Below, in pieces: positions 36,720 through 44,065 of a DNA stretch of 56,380 bases. A model generated the notes under the pieces. It was not told the DNA's origin, did no database searches, and saw nothing but the letters and a program-made list of their open reading frames with translations. The stretch spans positions 1-56,380 of IMG/VR virus record IMGVR_UViG_3300027708_000088, one strand, 5' to 3'. Both the position numbers and the translations under genes were made by a program. The first letter of the stretch is position 1. Each line of letters begins with the position of its first letter. This DNA comes from a virus (lineage: Duplodnaviria; Caudoviricetes).

Positions 36720-37024
36720 TTGTCAACCTCTGCGAGCTTGGCGCGGGTTTCGGAGATGGTTTTGAGTAGCTTGACGTGATCCGCTTTGTCTTTGCGTTTG
36801 GCGGCGCGGGTTTCGGGCAGGTCCGCGATGGCTTGCTCAACAATGAGGTTGAGTTCGCGCCATTGCTGGATGGTGGCGACGATGCGGAGTTGGCCGTCGT
36901 CCGGGGTTTTGCCGCCCCACAGGATGAGGAGTTCGGTGTGGTCGGTGACGGGGATGTTGTCGCCGTCGAAGTTGGTGTATTCGGTAACAAGGGGATGGTG
37001 TTTGGCGCGGTAGTGGATTTTCAC
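36716..37024 (-). CDS. Hypothetical protein
   Basis: 4-nt overlaps both sides. Confidence 0.6.
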   Translation of the reverse strand: MKIHYRAKHHPLVTEYTNFDGDNIPVTDHTELLILWGGKTPDDGQLRIVATIQQWRELNLIVEQAIADLPETRAAKRKDKADHVKLLKTISETRAKLAEVDK

Positions 37025-37329
37025 TGGCCGACTCGCTCATGGTTGAAAGGAGCATGCAAATCGACGCTGGCTTCAATCTCGCGGATGTTGTCCAAGTTCA
37101 CGCCCGACTGAATGAGTGCGACACCGACAGCGCCTCTGGCTTCGATGGCTGCGTGTAATTCGCCGCTTGCTTTGGTGCGGTCCCAGCGAGATACGAAGCG
37201 GTCCTTCGATTCAATGGTGTCGGCGTCCCGCGCCGCCCAGAATGCGGCGCGCTTGTCCATCTCCAACTGTGCTAGCGCGGTAACCACCGCTTCGACCAGT
37301 TTGGCCTGGTCGGCATCCTTGAAACTCAT
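37021..37329 (-). CDS. Hypothetical protein
   Basis: AGGAG RBS; directly downstream of predicted promoter. Confidence 0.65.
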   Translation of the reverse strand: MSFKDADQAKLVEAVVTALAQLEMDKRAAFWAARDADTIESKDRFVSRWDRTKASGELHAAIEARGAVGVALIQSGVNLDNIREIEASVDLHAPFNHERVGQ

Positions 37330-37367
37330 GTCTGCTCCTGTCTGTCGAGTTTCGGCGACAGGTGCAG

Positions 37368-37396
37368 ACGTTACTACTGACCCTATAGCGGGTCAA
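37368..37396 (-). promoter_or_regulatory. SigA-type promoter TTGACC-N17-TAACGT with overlapping palindrome TGACCC-N6-GGGTCA
   Basis: -35 at 37396-37391, -10 at 37373-37368, 17-nt spacer; palindrome 37378-37395. Confidence 0.6.
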
Positions 37397-37400
37397 GAAC

Positions 37401-37721
37401 CTACGGGTGGGCGTGTCGGTATGCCTCTTGTACCGCCTTCGGTATGCGCCCGTGTGCGGCGACGGTATAGCCGCGTTCGTTGGCCCAGTATCGGATCATG
37501 TCGAGTTCGATGTTTTGTGGCCGTGAGCCGCGTTTGCGTTCTTTGGGTGGTGGGACTGCGCGCCGGCCGGCCTGGATGTAGGGCTTGACTAGCTCGCGGA
37601 GTCTGTTGGCGTTGGTGGTGGATAGGTCGATGAGGTAATCGACGCCATCGATGGCGAAGCGCAAGGTTTCGTCGGCGGGTTTGCCGTCGAGATCGTCTAC
37701 TAGCACCACTTTGTTTGCCAT
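37401..37721 (-). CDS. lsr2: Lsr2-like nucleoid-associated protein
   Basis: VVLVDDLDG..ADET.RFAIDGVDY.IDLS..NA..LR, IRYWA..GY.V..HGRIP..V.EAY. Confidence 0.95.
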   Translation of the reverse strand: MANKVVLVDDLDGKPADETLRFAIDGVDYLIDLSTTNANRLRELVKPYIQAGRRAVPPPKERKRGSRPQNIELDMIRYWANERGYTVAAHGRIPKAVQEAYRHAHP

Positions 37722-38318
37722 TGACTGTTTCCCCTATCGGCTTTGTTACTGTCGCGCGCTCGGCGCTCCACAAGTAACTTACTCGCTTTTCGTAACCGGA
37801 CTTGGTTACCACCTCCACCGGGCGAGCATCCGGTGCCTTGTTTGCGTGTCGAGTAGCACGCTTCGCGTGTAGGCAGCGAGGGGAGGGCGCGGTGCCGGGG
37901 TGGTGTGGCGCTGTGTGGGCGGGGTGCGTGGTGGTCTGGGTGTTCGCGCCAGCCGGCGCTCGGACCATCTCCTCCCTGACGGTCGGTGATGGTGCGGATG
38001 CTCGCGTGCGCTCGCAAGTGTCTTATATGCAGGTTGGCATGGGTGCGGCTCGTTGTCCCAAACAGGTGTGTGTGATTCGCGTCACAGTCACACTTGTAGC
38101 ATATTCCGGCCCCTATAAAGCCCTGATCAGCCCGTTTTTCGGGGAAGCGACGGCTTAAAAGTCCCTCGTTTGCGACACGCCGACCGGACATTATCGGAAA
38201 CGCTGCTGGACGGTGGGTGACGTGATTGCCGGGTTGTGCCGTGTGTTGCCGTGGCCTCTAGCTACAGTGAAGCCACACTGCCAAGCATACGAGCGAGGCA
38301 ACTAGGCAAGGGGAAACG

Positions 38319-38495
38319 ATGGCTCGCGCGAAGAAGCTCAAAGAGGGAACCCGCATAGTTCGACCACGGGATGTAGCCACTGTGGTGAGCGATATGGGCG
38401 ATTGGGTGTCGGTCAGGTTGTCGAACGGTGAGTACGAGAATTGGACGCGATACAAGGATGCCGATGGCCCCGGTTTCCTTGAGGTTTCGGAGTGA
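38319..38495 (+). CDS. 58-aa hypothetical protein coupled to integrase (not in ORF track)
   Basis: AAGGGG RBS, ATG 38319, MARAKKLKEGTRIVRPRDVATVVSDMGDWVSVRLSNG..., GTGA overlap with int. Confidence 0.6.
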   Translation: MARAKKLKEGTRIVRPRDVATVVSDMGDWVSVRLSNGEYENWTRYKDADGPGFLEVSE

Positions 38496-39730
38496 CCTCG
38501 CAGCGCAGGGCGACGGGTACGGGTGGGCTGTCGAGGCGCGCGGACGGGCTGTGGATTGGCAGCGTCACCTTGCCTACAACGGATGGCCGGCAACGCCGCA
38601 AAACAGTTTCGTCTAGGGATCGCAATGAGGCGATGCTGAAGTTGCGCCAGCTTCACCAGGACGTGGCTAAAGGCAAGGTGACGTATGCGCCGTCAATGAC
38701 TTTGGGTGATTGGCTGGATTATTGGTTGGAGCGGATTGTGCGTCCGAATGTGCGTCCGAGAACCTACACCTCGTATGAACAGGCGGTGCGTCTGTATATC
38801 AAGCCGCATGTTGGTGGTGTGCGGTTGGACAGGCTGACGCCAGCCCATGTGCGGGACATGGTGTTGGCGGTGCAGAAGGTTTCGACTCGTAATGGGCAGA
38901 AGGCGCATCAGACGTTACGGCGCGCGTTGCAGGCTGCTATTGGTGATGGTGTGGTGGATCGTAATGTCGCCGCTGTGGTGTCTCGGCCGGCGCATATCGG
39001 TTCCGATATAGAACCGTTTGAACCGGATCAGGTGCGCCATATCCTGCGGACATCACTTCAGCATGATATTCATCCGACTCGCTGGCTGGCCGCGTTTCTG
39101 ACGGGTTTGCGCCAAGGGGAGTTGTTGGGGATGGAGTGGGATCGGGTCGATTTGGATGCTGAGGTGATGAATGTTCAGTGGCAGTTGCAGTTGTTGCAGA
39201 AAGTTCATGGGTGTGGTGATTCGGTTGATGGGGTGTATCGGTGTTTGAAGGTGCGGCCTGGTTGGTGTCCGCAGGCGCGGTGGGATCATCCGGCGGGGTT
39301 TCGGGTTCGGGAGTGTCATCGGTCTCTGTGTTGGACTGCGCCTAAGTCTGTGGCTCGGGAGCGGTTTGATGTGCCGTTGATTCCGGCGATGGTGGCGGCG
39401 TTGCGGGTTTTGCGGGAGCAGGACACGGGGCCGAATCCTCACGGGCTGGTGTGGCATCACGCCGATGGCCGGCCGGTGTCTCCGCGCGAGGACAATGATT
39501 TGTGGGCGATGCTGTTGAAGGTGTCGGGTATTCCTCATGTGAAGCAGCATGCTGCGCGGCACACAACGATCAGTTTGTTGCAGGAGCGTGGTGTGGATGA
39601 GCCGACGCGGATGGCGATTACGGGCCATTCCAGTGTCGCGGCGCACCGTGGCTATGTGCATGTGTCGGCTCGGCAGGCCGCTGACGCCGCCAATGTGCTG
39701 ACCGACTTGGCGTTTGCTGACGAGGTTTAG
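38492..39730 (+). CDS. int: Tyrosine integrase
   Basis: N-terminal arm-binding-like region, core-binding domain, catalytic TGLRQGE (R), PKS (K), HAARH, GHS, GYVH (Y). Confidence 0.95.
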   Translation: MTSQRRATGTGGLSRRADGLWIGSVTLPTTDGRQRRKTVSSRDRNEAMLKLRQLHQDVAKGKVTYAPSMTLGDWLDYWLERIVRPNVRPRTYTSYEQAVRLYIKPHVGGVRLDRLTPAHVRDMVLAVQKVSTRNGQKAHQTLRRALQAAIGDGVVDRNVAAVVSRPAHIGSDIEPFEPDQVRHILRTSLQHDIHPTRWLAAFLTGLRQGELLGMEWDRVDLDAEVMNVQWQLQLLQKVHGCGDSVDGVYRCLKVRPGWCPQARWDHPAGFRVRECHRSLCWTAPKSVARERFDVPLIPAMVAALRVLREQDTGPNPHGLVWHHADGRPVSPREDNDLWAMLLKVSGIPHVKQHAARHTTISLLQERGVDEPTRMAITGHSSVAAHRGYVHVSARQAADAANVLTDLAFADEV

Positions 39731-39847
39731 ACCTGCGGCGATCCACGCACACCGTTTACTGTCTGCATACTGGATAGACGGTATGGGTGTTTGATGTTTG
39801 TTGGTCTACGGCCCTTCTAGGGGCCAAAGCATAGACGTTATCGGTTG

Positions 39848-40603
39848 TCAATACCCACTGTGATATGTCGAGATCGCGGGGGGGGGCTTTCTCATATAGG
39901 CGTTTTTTTGTCGCCATGATCGGCCGGCGGTGAGTACTTTTCCTCCGCTGAATCCGGCGAGGAGGATGACGGTGACGACGATTGCGCCGGGTGTGCTGCC
40001 GTACCCGTGGGCAGCTTCGACGGCTTCAAAGCTGAGGAGTATTCCTGCGATGCACGATGCGAGGTAGAGGCTGAGTATTTTTTTGTCTCCTCGCCGGGTG
40101 TCGGCTCGGAGTCGCAAGATTCTTAGGGCGATGACGGCGAGTAGGTAGCTGAGTGTGGTGGCGACCGATGTCCAAAAGACGCGGATGAAAAAGCCTTCGT
40201 CGGGGTTGACGGCGGGGTCGAGTAGGTAGGGGTTTCGCCATGCACCGGACAGCATGTATGCGGTGACCATGATGATAGTTCCGGTGATGCTGGATGTGCG
40301 AGTCATTCCGTTGAACCACGGTGTTGTGTCGGTGTTGAATCTGTGGCGTCGGTTGAGGCTGATGGTGAATTCGGAGAGGCTGTAGAAGGTGAGTGCGGCG
40401 GCGATGACGTAGGCGTGGCCCCACCACGGGATTTCGTTGCGGAAGAACAGGATTGGAGCGCAGAAGCCGCCGGCTGTGGACAGGGCAATCATTGCCTTGG
40501 TGGTGTGGCCTTCCCAGTATCCCCAGGCGTGGCGGCGCTGCCATGCGGTCCATGTTCCGAGGGCGCACATGATCGTGAAGTAGATGAAGCCAAGTGTCAT
40601 CAT
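39848..40603 (-). CDS. Multi-pass membrane protein downstream of repressor
   Basis: 251 aa with about seven hydrophobic segments; GGAAAG RBS. Confidence 0.75.
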   Translation of the reverse strand: MMTLGFIYFTIMCALGTWTAWQRRHAWGYWEGHTTKAMIALSTAGGFCAPILFFRNEIPWWGHAYVIAAALTFYSLSEFTISLNRRHRFNTDTTPWFNGMTRTSSITGTIIMVTAYMLSGAWRNPYLLDPAVNPDEGFFIRVFWTSVATTLSYLLAVIALRILRLRADTRRGDKKILSLYLASCIAGILLSFEAVEAAHGYGSTPGAIVVTVILLAGFSGGKVLTAGRSWRQKNAYMRKPPPAISTYHSGY

Positions 40604-40655
40604 GTGTTTCTTTCCGGGGTCTGGGGAAAAGTTTTGGAGCGCGGGGTTTGGGTTG

Positions 40656-41036
40656 TTACATGTCTGGTGTGGGGCCGCGCGACAATTTGCGTCTGAAGGA
40701 ATCGTCGCTGAGGATTGTTCTTCGGCGTAGTTCTAGGAGTAGTTCGTCGGTGGGAATGTTTGTGAGGTTTGTGGGGATGGTTTCGTTGATGAGGGCTGGT
40801 TCTAGGCCGGCGAGGATGGCGGTGCAGGCACCGGGTTTCCATCCGAGTTTTGCTTCTAGCATTGCGTAGCTTCCTGGGCTAGCTCGCCGTATGCCGTGTT
40901 CAATGTCGGACAGGGTTCTGATCGTGATGCCCAGGACGTTGGCTAGGTCTTGGCGGGTGTTGTAGCCAAGCTCGGTGCGTCGGACCATGACGTAGTGGCC
41001 GAGGCGTTCTTCGCCGGACTGCTCCAGTCGATTCAT
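40656..41036 (-). CDS. Immunity repressor (XRE HTH)
   Basis: RRTELGYNTRQDLANVLGITIRTLSDIEHG HTH, LGWKPG; divergent from xis-like gene; GAAAGG RBS. Confidence 0.8.
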   Translation of the reverse strand: MNRLEQSGEERLGHYVMVRRTELGYNTRQDLANVLGITIRTLSDIEHGIRRASPGSYAMLEAKLGWKPGACTAILAGLEPALINETIPTNLTNIPTDELLLELRRRTILSDDSFRRKLSRGPTPDM

Positions 41037-41189
41037 GCCTTTCAGTGTCACACCGTGTTGTGTGTCTTGTCTACTTTTTGCCTGACTATGTGGGCAATCG
41101 CGGGGTTTGATTGCCGGTGTGCGACACGCCAGACTCAAGGTTGTGAACTGCGGTTATGTGTTTTATTTCCGGTTTTGGGCGCAGATGAG

Positions 41190-41217
41190 TTGACATGAAC
41201 GGAAATTGGTTTACGGT
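41190..41217 (+). promoter_or_regulatory. Early rightward promoter TTGACA-N16-TACGGT
   Basis: Consensus -35 and TANNNT -10 in the divergent region between repressor and xis-like gene. Confidence 0.55.
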
Positions 41218-41260
41218 CTGTTTCACACAAGTTCAGAGATAGGGGCTAGAAGGTCATGGG

Positions 41261-41446
41261 ATGGACAGAATCACCGTTGGACGGGGAGAGGCCGCAGGGC
41301 TTCTCGGAATCTCAGTCACAGAGTTGGACGACGCACGTCGCAGAGGCGATTTGGTTAGTCGGAAGCTCGGGAAGCGAGTCCTCATTGAAGTCGATGAACT
41401 CGTTCGTTTCGCCCGATCTTTGCCGGCCTATGAGCCGCGCCGCTGA
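41261..41446 (+). CDS. Excisionase/Cro-like HTH protein
   Basis: EAAGLLGIS...RRGDL.SRKLGKRVLI...EL..F (HTH_17/Xis pattern). Confidence 0.8.
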   Translation: MDRITVGRGEAAGLLGISVTELDDARRRGDLVSRKLGKRVLIEVDELVRFARSLPAYEPRR

Positions 41447-41534
41447 GCGGTGGCAGATGGTGGTGGGTGTTGCGTCTTTGGTGGCTGTTCAAACCTTGTT
41501 GGTGTTGGTGATCGCGGCCTGGCTGGGGTTCTGA
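41430..41534 (+). CDS. 34-aa single-TM microprotein
   Basis: MSRAAERWQMVVGVASLVAVQTLLVLVIAAWLGF; TGATG overlap with next gene. Confidence 0.5.
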   Translation: MSRAAERWQMVVGVASLVAVQTLLVLVIAAWLGF

Positions 41535-41719
41535 TGAACATTTCCAATCTGAGCCGTGAGCAGCGGCAGGATTTGATTGACCAGTTGACTGCCACGCGCC
41601 GGCAGGTCGATCTTGACATTCGTATCGCTAAAAAAGCGATTGCCGACATGCAGGCTGAGTTGGACAGGCGTGAGTCCCGTCTGGCCGACATCGATCACTC
41701 GCTGGGGCATCTGAAGTGA
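41534..41719 (+). CDS. Small coiled-coil protein
   Basis: Heptad pattern; start overlaps previous stop. Confidence 0.6.
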   Translation: MNISNLSREQRQDLIDQLTATRRQVDLDIRIAKKAIADMQAELDRRESRLADIDHSLGHLK

Positions 41720-41777
41720 CACGCCGACACGCCGACAGTATCGACGGCATAATGTCGCCATATCGCGGTATGATGGA

Positions 41778-42116
41778 GTGACCCGCGAGAAGCACACACG
41801 CTCTACTGAGGCGTTTACCGCCCAGACATCCAAAGAACTGGTCATTGATCGGGTTTTGGATGTGACTAGCAGGTTTGGGTTGCCGTGGTCAAGGTCGAAG
41901 GTTCGCCGGCTGTTGGTTGTGTGGGAGCGCCAAGTGATGCCGTTAGGTCGCTGGGATTTCCCAGACTTTGTGATCCACAAGATGCAGTTGACAGCGGAGC
42001 AGGCGCGCTGTGAGCGCGCAGCGATTGATGCGTTGCGAGCAGTTTTGACTTACCACGATCCGACTGGTTTATCGGCGTCGATCCGCGCCGACCGTAGAGA
42101 TGGGAACAGAGCATGA
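41778..42116 (+). CDS. Hypothetical protein
   Basis: SRSKVRRL...LTYHDPTG..A motif common in mycobacteriophage early genes. Confidence 0.65.
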   Translation: MTREKHTRSTEAFTAQTSKELVIDRVLDVTSRFGLPWSRSKVRRLLVVWERQVMPLGRWDFPDFVIHKMQLTAEQARCERAAIDALRAVLTYHDPTGLSASIRADRRDGNRA

Positions 42117-42466
42117 GTGAACTGGCTGAATTTTTATCTCCGCTGCCCGAGGTTGGTGTGCCGGTGTTAGTTGCGCCGGGTGTGGTCCAGGTCGATGACT
42201 ACACGTTCGATGTGGAAACCATTGCTGATGCTGCGGTGGATGAGGCACGGTATGTGGCGTCGATTTTGGCGGCGAAACGGTTTTTGGATGAGGGTCGGGT
42301 TGCGGATTGTCGGGATCGTGCGTTGAAGGCGGCGCAGATCGCTCTCGACAATTTTGAGACTCAGTTTCCCAGTGATTACAAGTGCCAGTTTGCGCCTGAC
42401 ACAAATTCGCCGTTTTACAAGATGGCTGATGCGATCTTGGCGGCTATCGATGAAGGGGAGTTGTGA
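42113..42466 (+). CDS. Hypothetical protein
   Basis: ATGA overlap; ends MADAILAA. Confidence 0.65.
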   Translation: MSELAEFLSPLPEVGVPVLVAPGVVQVDDYTFDVETIADAAVDEARYVASILAAKRFLDEGRVADCRDRALKAAQIALDNFETQFPSDYKCQFAPDTNSPFYKMADAILAAIDEGEL

Positions 42467-42467
42467 C

Positions 42468-42797
42468 GTGGGAAAGAAGAAGGACGTTCTTGCTGCTGCG
42501 TTGGCTGATTATGCGTCGGTGTGTAAGACGCCGGCTGAGCTTGAGGCGTTACCTAACGGCTCCATCGTTTTCGGTCAGATTGAGGAGTACACGGGTCATT
42601 ACCTTCTTGTGAAGGATGATTTGGCGTGGGCCGATTTGCGTGGCCCATACGGCGAAGCCAACTTGATGTGCCCTTCCTGGTTTACTTTCGACGTTCTCAT
42701 AGAGAGTGGCGAAATTGAGATTGTCGATGATTACACGCCGGAACTTCCAGTCTTAGTTCTGCACAGTTCTTATATCGATCCTGATGACGGCATCTGA
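42468..42797 (+). CDS. Hypothetical protein
   Basis: AAGGGGAG RBS; TPAELEALPNGSIV motif. Confidence 0.65.
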   Translation: MGKKKDVLAAALADYASVCKTPAELEALPNGSIVFGQIEEYTGHYLLVKDDLAWADLRGPYGEANLMCPSWFTFDVLIESGEIEIVDDYTPELPVLVLHSSYIDPDDGI

Positions 42798-42996
42798 GTT
42801 TCTGCATGAGCGCAGTGTTCTGATTTTGGCGATCCGCGATGTCGATTCGCGGTTGCGCGATCTGCTTGACCAGGCCGGCACTTACCGTGCGAGTGCTGAG
42901 GTTCGCGAGTTGTTTGAGTGCCGCTCAGGTTTGGTGGATCGGCTGTCGGGTTATCAGTGTGATGCTCCGACGTTGCCTGACGTGCTGGGTCTGTGA
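42784..42996 (+). CDS. Hypothetical protein
   Basis: Overlaps neighbours in operon. Confidence 0.5.
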   Translation: MTASEFLHERSVLILAIRDVDSRLRDLLDQAGTYRASAEVRELFECRSGLVDRLSGYQCDAPTLPDVLGL

Positions 42997-43139
42997 AGGC
43001 AAGCGACGAGGCGAATGCCGCGTATCGGCAGGGCTTGTGTATCGACTGCCGGAAGGTTCGTTATTCGGCCGGCCGACCGAGATGTAACGAGTGTCATGCG
43101 GCGATGAGGCAGCACCAAAGCCAAGGAGGATCGTCGTGA
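42993..43139 (+). CDS. 48-aa zinc-ribbon protein (not in ORF track)
   Basis: AYRQGLCIDC...SAGRPRCNECH; GTGA overlaps at both ends. Confidence 0.65.
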   Translation: MKASDEANAAYRQGLCIDCRKVRYSAGRPRCNECHAAMRQHQSQGGSS

Positions 43140-44065
43140 CTGATTTGACGTTAGTGGAGTTGTTCTCCGGTATTGGCGGTTTCTCTTGCGCGTTTGAACG
43201 TGCCGGGGTTCAGACGGTTGCTGCGGTAGAGATTGATTCTGCCGCGCGAACGGTGTTCAAAAGTCATTTTCCTGACGCTTTTTTGTTTGATGACGTGACG
43301 AAGGTGAGTGGCGATGACATTCGGGCAACTGGGTTTAATCCTCAGCGGGGAATCCTCACCGGGGGATGGCCGTGCCAAGACATCAGCAACGCCGGAAAGC
43401 AAAAGGGTCTTGCCGGCGGCAGGTCAGGTTTGTTCAGCGAAGTGGTGCGGCTGCTGGGAGAACTCAAGCCTCGCTGGTTTGTCCTTGAAAACGTCCCCAA
43501 TCTGCTCACGATTAACGGTGGACGGGACATGGGAACCGTTATCGGGGCGCTGGTTGGCTGCGGGTACGGGGTCAGCTACAGGGTTTTGGACGCACAGTTT
43601 TTCGGAATCCCCCAGCGCCGCCGCCGAATCTTCTTTGTCGGACATCTTGGAGATACCGGGTCCGCATCTGCTGAAGTTCTTTTTGAGTCCGAGGGCGGCG
43701 TCAGGAATTTTACGCAGGGCAGCAAACCGGAACCGTTGTCTGCCAGAGGATTTGGTGTCGGCCCTGAAAACAGTGGCGGCGAGTTAAGTGCGCGAACGAT
43801 TATTTCCACCCTTCAGGGCGGCGGTAAGCGTGGCTATCGGATCGATGCGGAGGGTGCGGCCGGCGGCCACCTGATTGTTTCGCGTAGCGATTTGGGTGTT
43901 CGGCGTTTGACTCCATTGGAGTGTGAACGGTTGCAGGGTTTCCCTGACGGCTGGACTGGCGGTGAATCTGATTCGGGGCGGTATCGGATGTTGGGTAATG
44001 CGGTTGCGGTTCCCGTTGTGCAGTGGATCGCGAACAGGATTGTTGAGATTGATGGGGGAATTTAG
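43136..44065 (+). CDS. DNA (cytosine-5)-methyltransferase
   Basis: Motifs I LFSGIGG, IV GWPCQD, VI ENV, VIII PQRRRRIF, IX RRLTPLECERLQGFP, X LGNAV; AAGGAGG RBS before GTG 43136. Confidence 0.95.
   Translation: MTDLTLVELFSGIGGFSCAFERAGVQTVAAVEIDSAARTVFKSHFPDAFLFDDVTKVSGDDIRATGFNPQRGILTGGWPCQDISNAGKQKGLAGGRSGLFSEVVRLLGELKPRWFVLENVPNLLTINGGRDMGTVIGALVGCGYGVSYRVLDAQFFGIPQRRRRIFFVGHLGDTGSASAEVLFESEGGVRNFTQGSKPEPLSARGFGVGPENSGGELSARTIISTLQGGGKRGYRIDAEGAAGGHLIVSRSDLGVRRLTPLECERLQGFPDGWTGGESDSGRYRMLGNAVAVPVVQWIANRIVEIDGGI
43314..43787 (+). CDS. Nested +1-frame ORF, M.EcoHK31I beta-polypeptide-like
   Basis: Entirely inside the methylase; SD-like AAGGTGA at 43301-43307; SSLSDILE...KFFLSPRAASGILRRA...LP..L..AL motif. 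Confidence 0.7.
   Translation: MTFGQLGLILSGESSPGDGRAKTSATPESKRVLPAAGQVCSAKWCGCWENSSLAGLSLKTSPICSRLTVDGTWEPLSGRWLAAGTGSATGFWTHSFSESPSAAAESSLSDILEIPGPHLLKFFLSPRAASGILRRAANRNRCLPEDLVSALKTVAAS

Noticed and set aside
37393-37968. 191-aa minus-strand ORF preceded by GGAGG
   Set aside because: SD only 2 nt from ATG, low-complexity product, overlaps all of lsr2 out of frame; RNA structure explains the region better
39878-39886. G9 homopolymer as a phase-variation switch
   Set aside because: It lies about ten codons from the stop of the membrane gene, so slippage would alter only the extreme C-terminus
38492-41036. Integration-dependent immunity (attP inside repressor, ssrA-like tags)
   Set aside because: int and repressor are convergent and separated by a membrane gene; no tRNA-like core in the repressor and no ssrA-like C-termini
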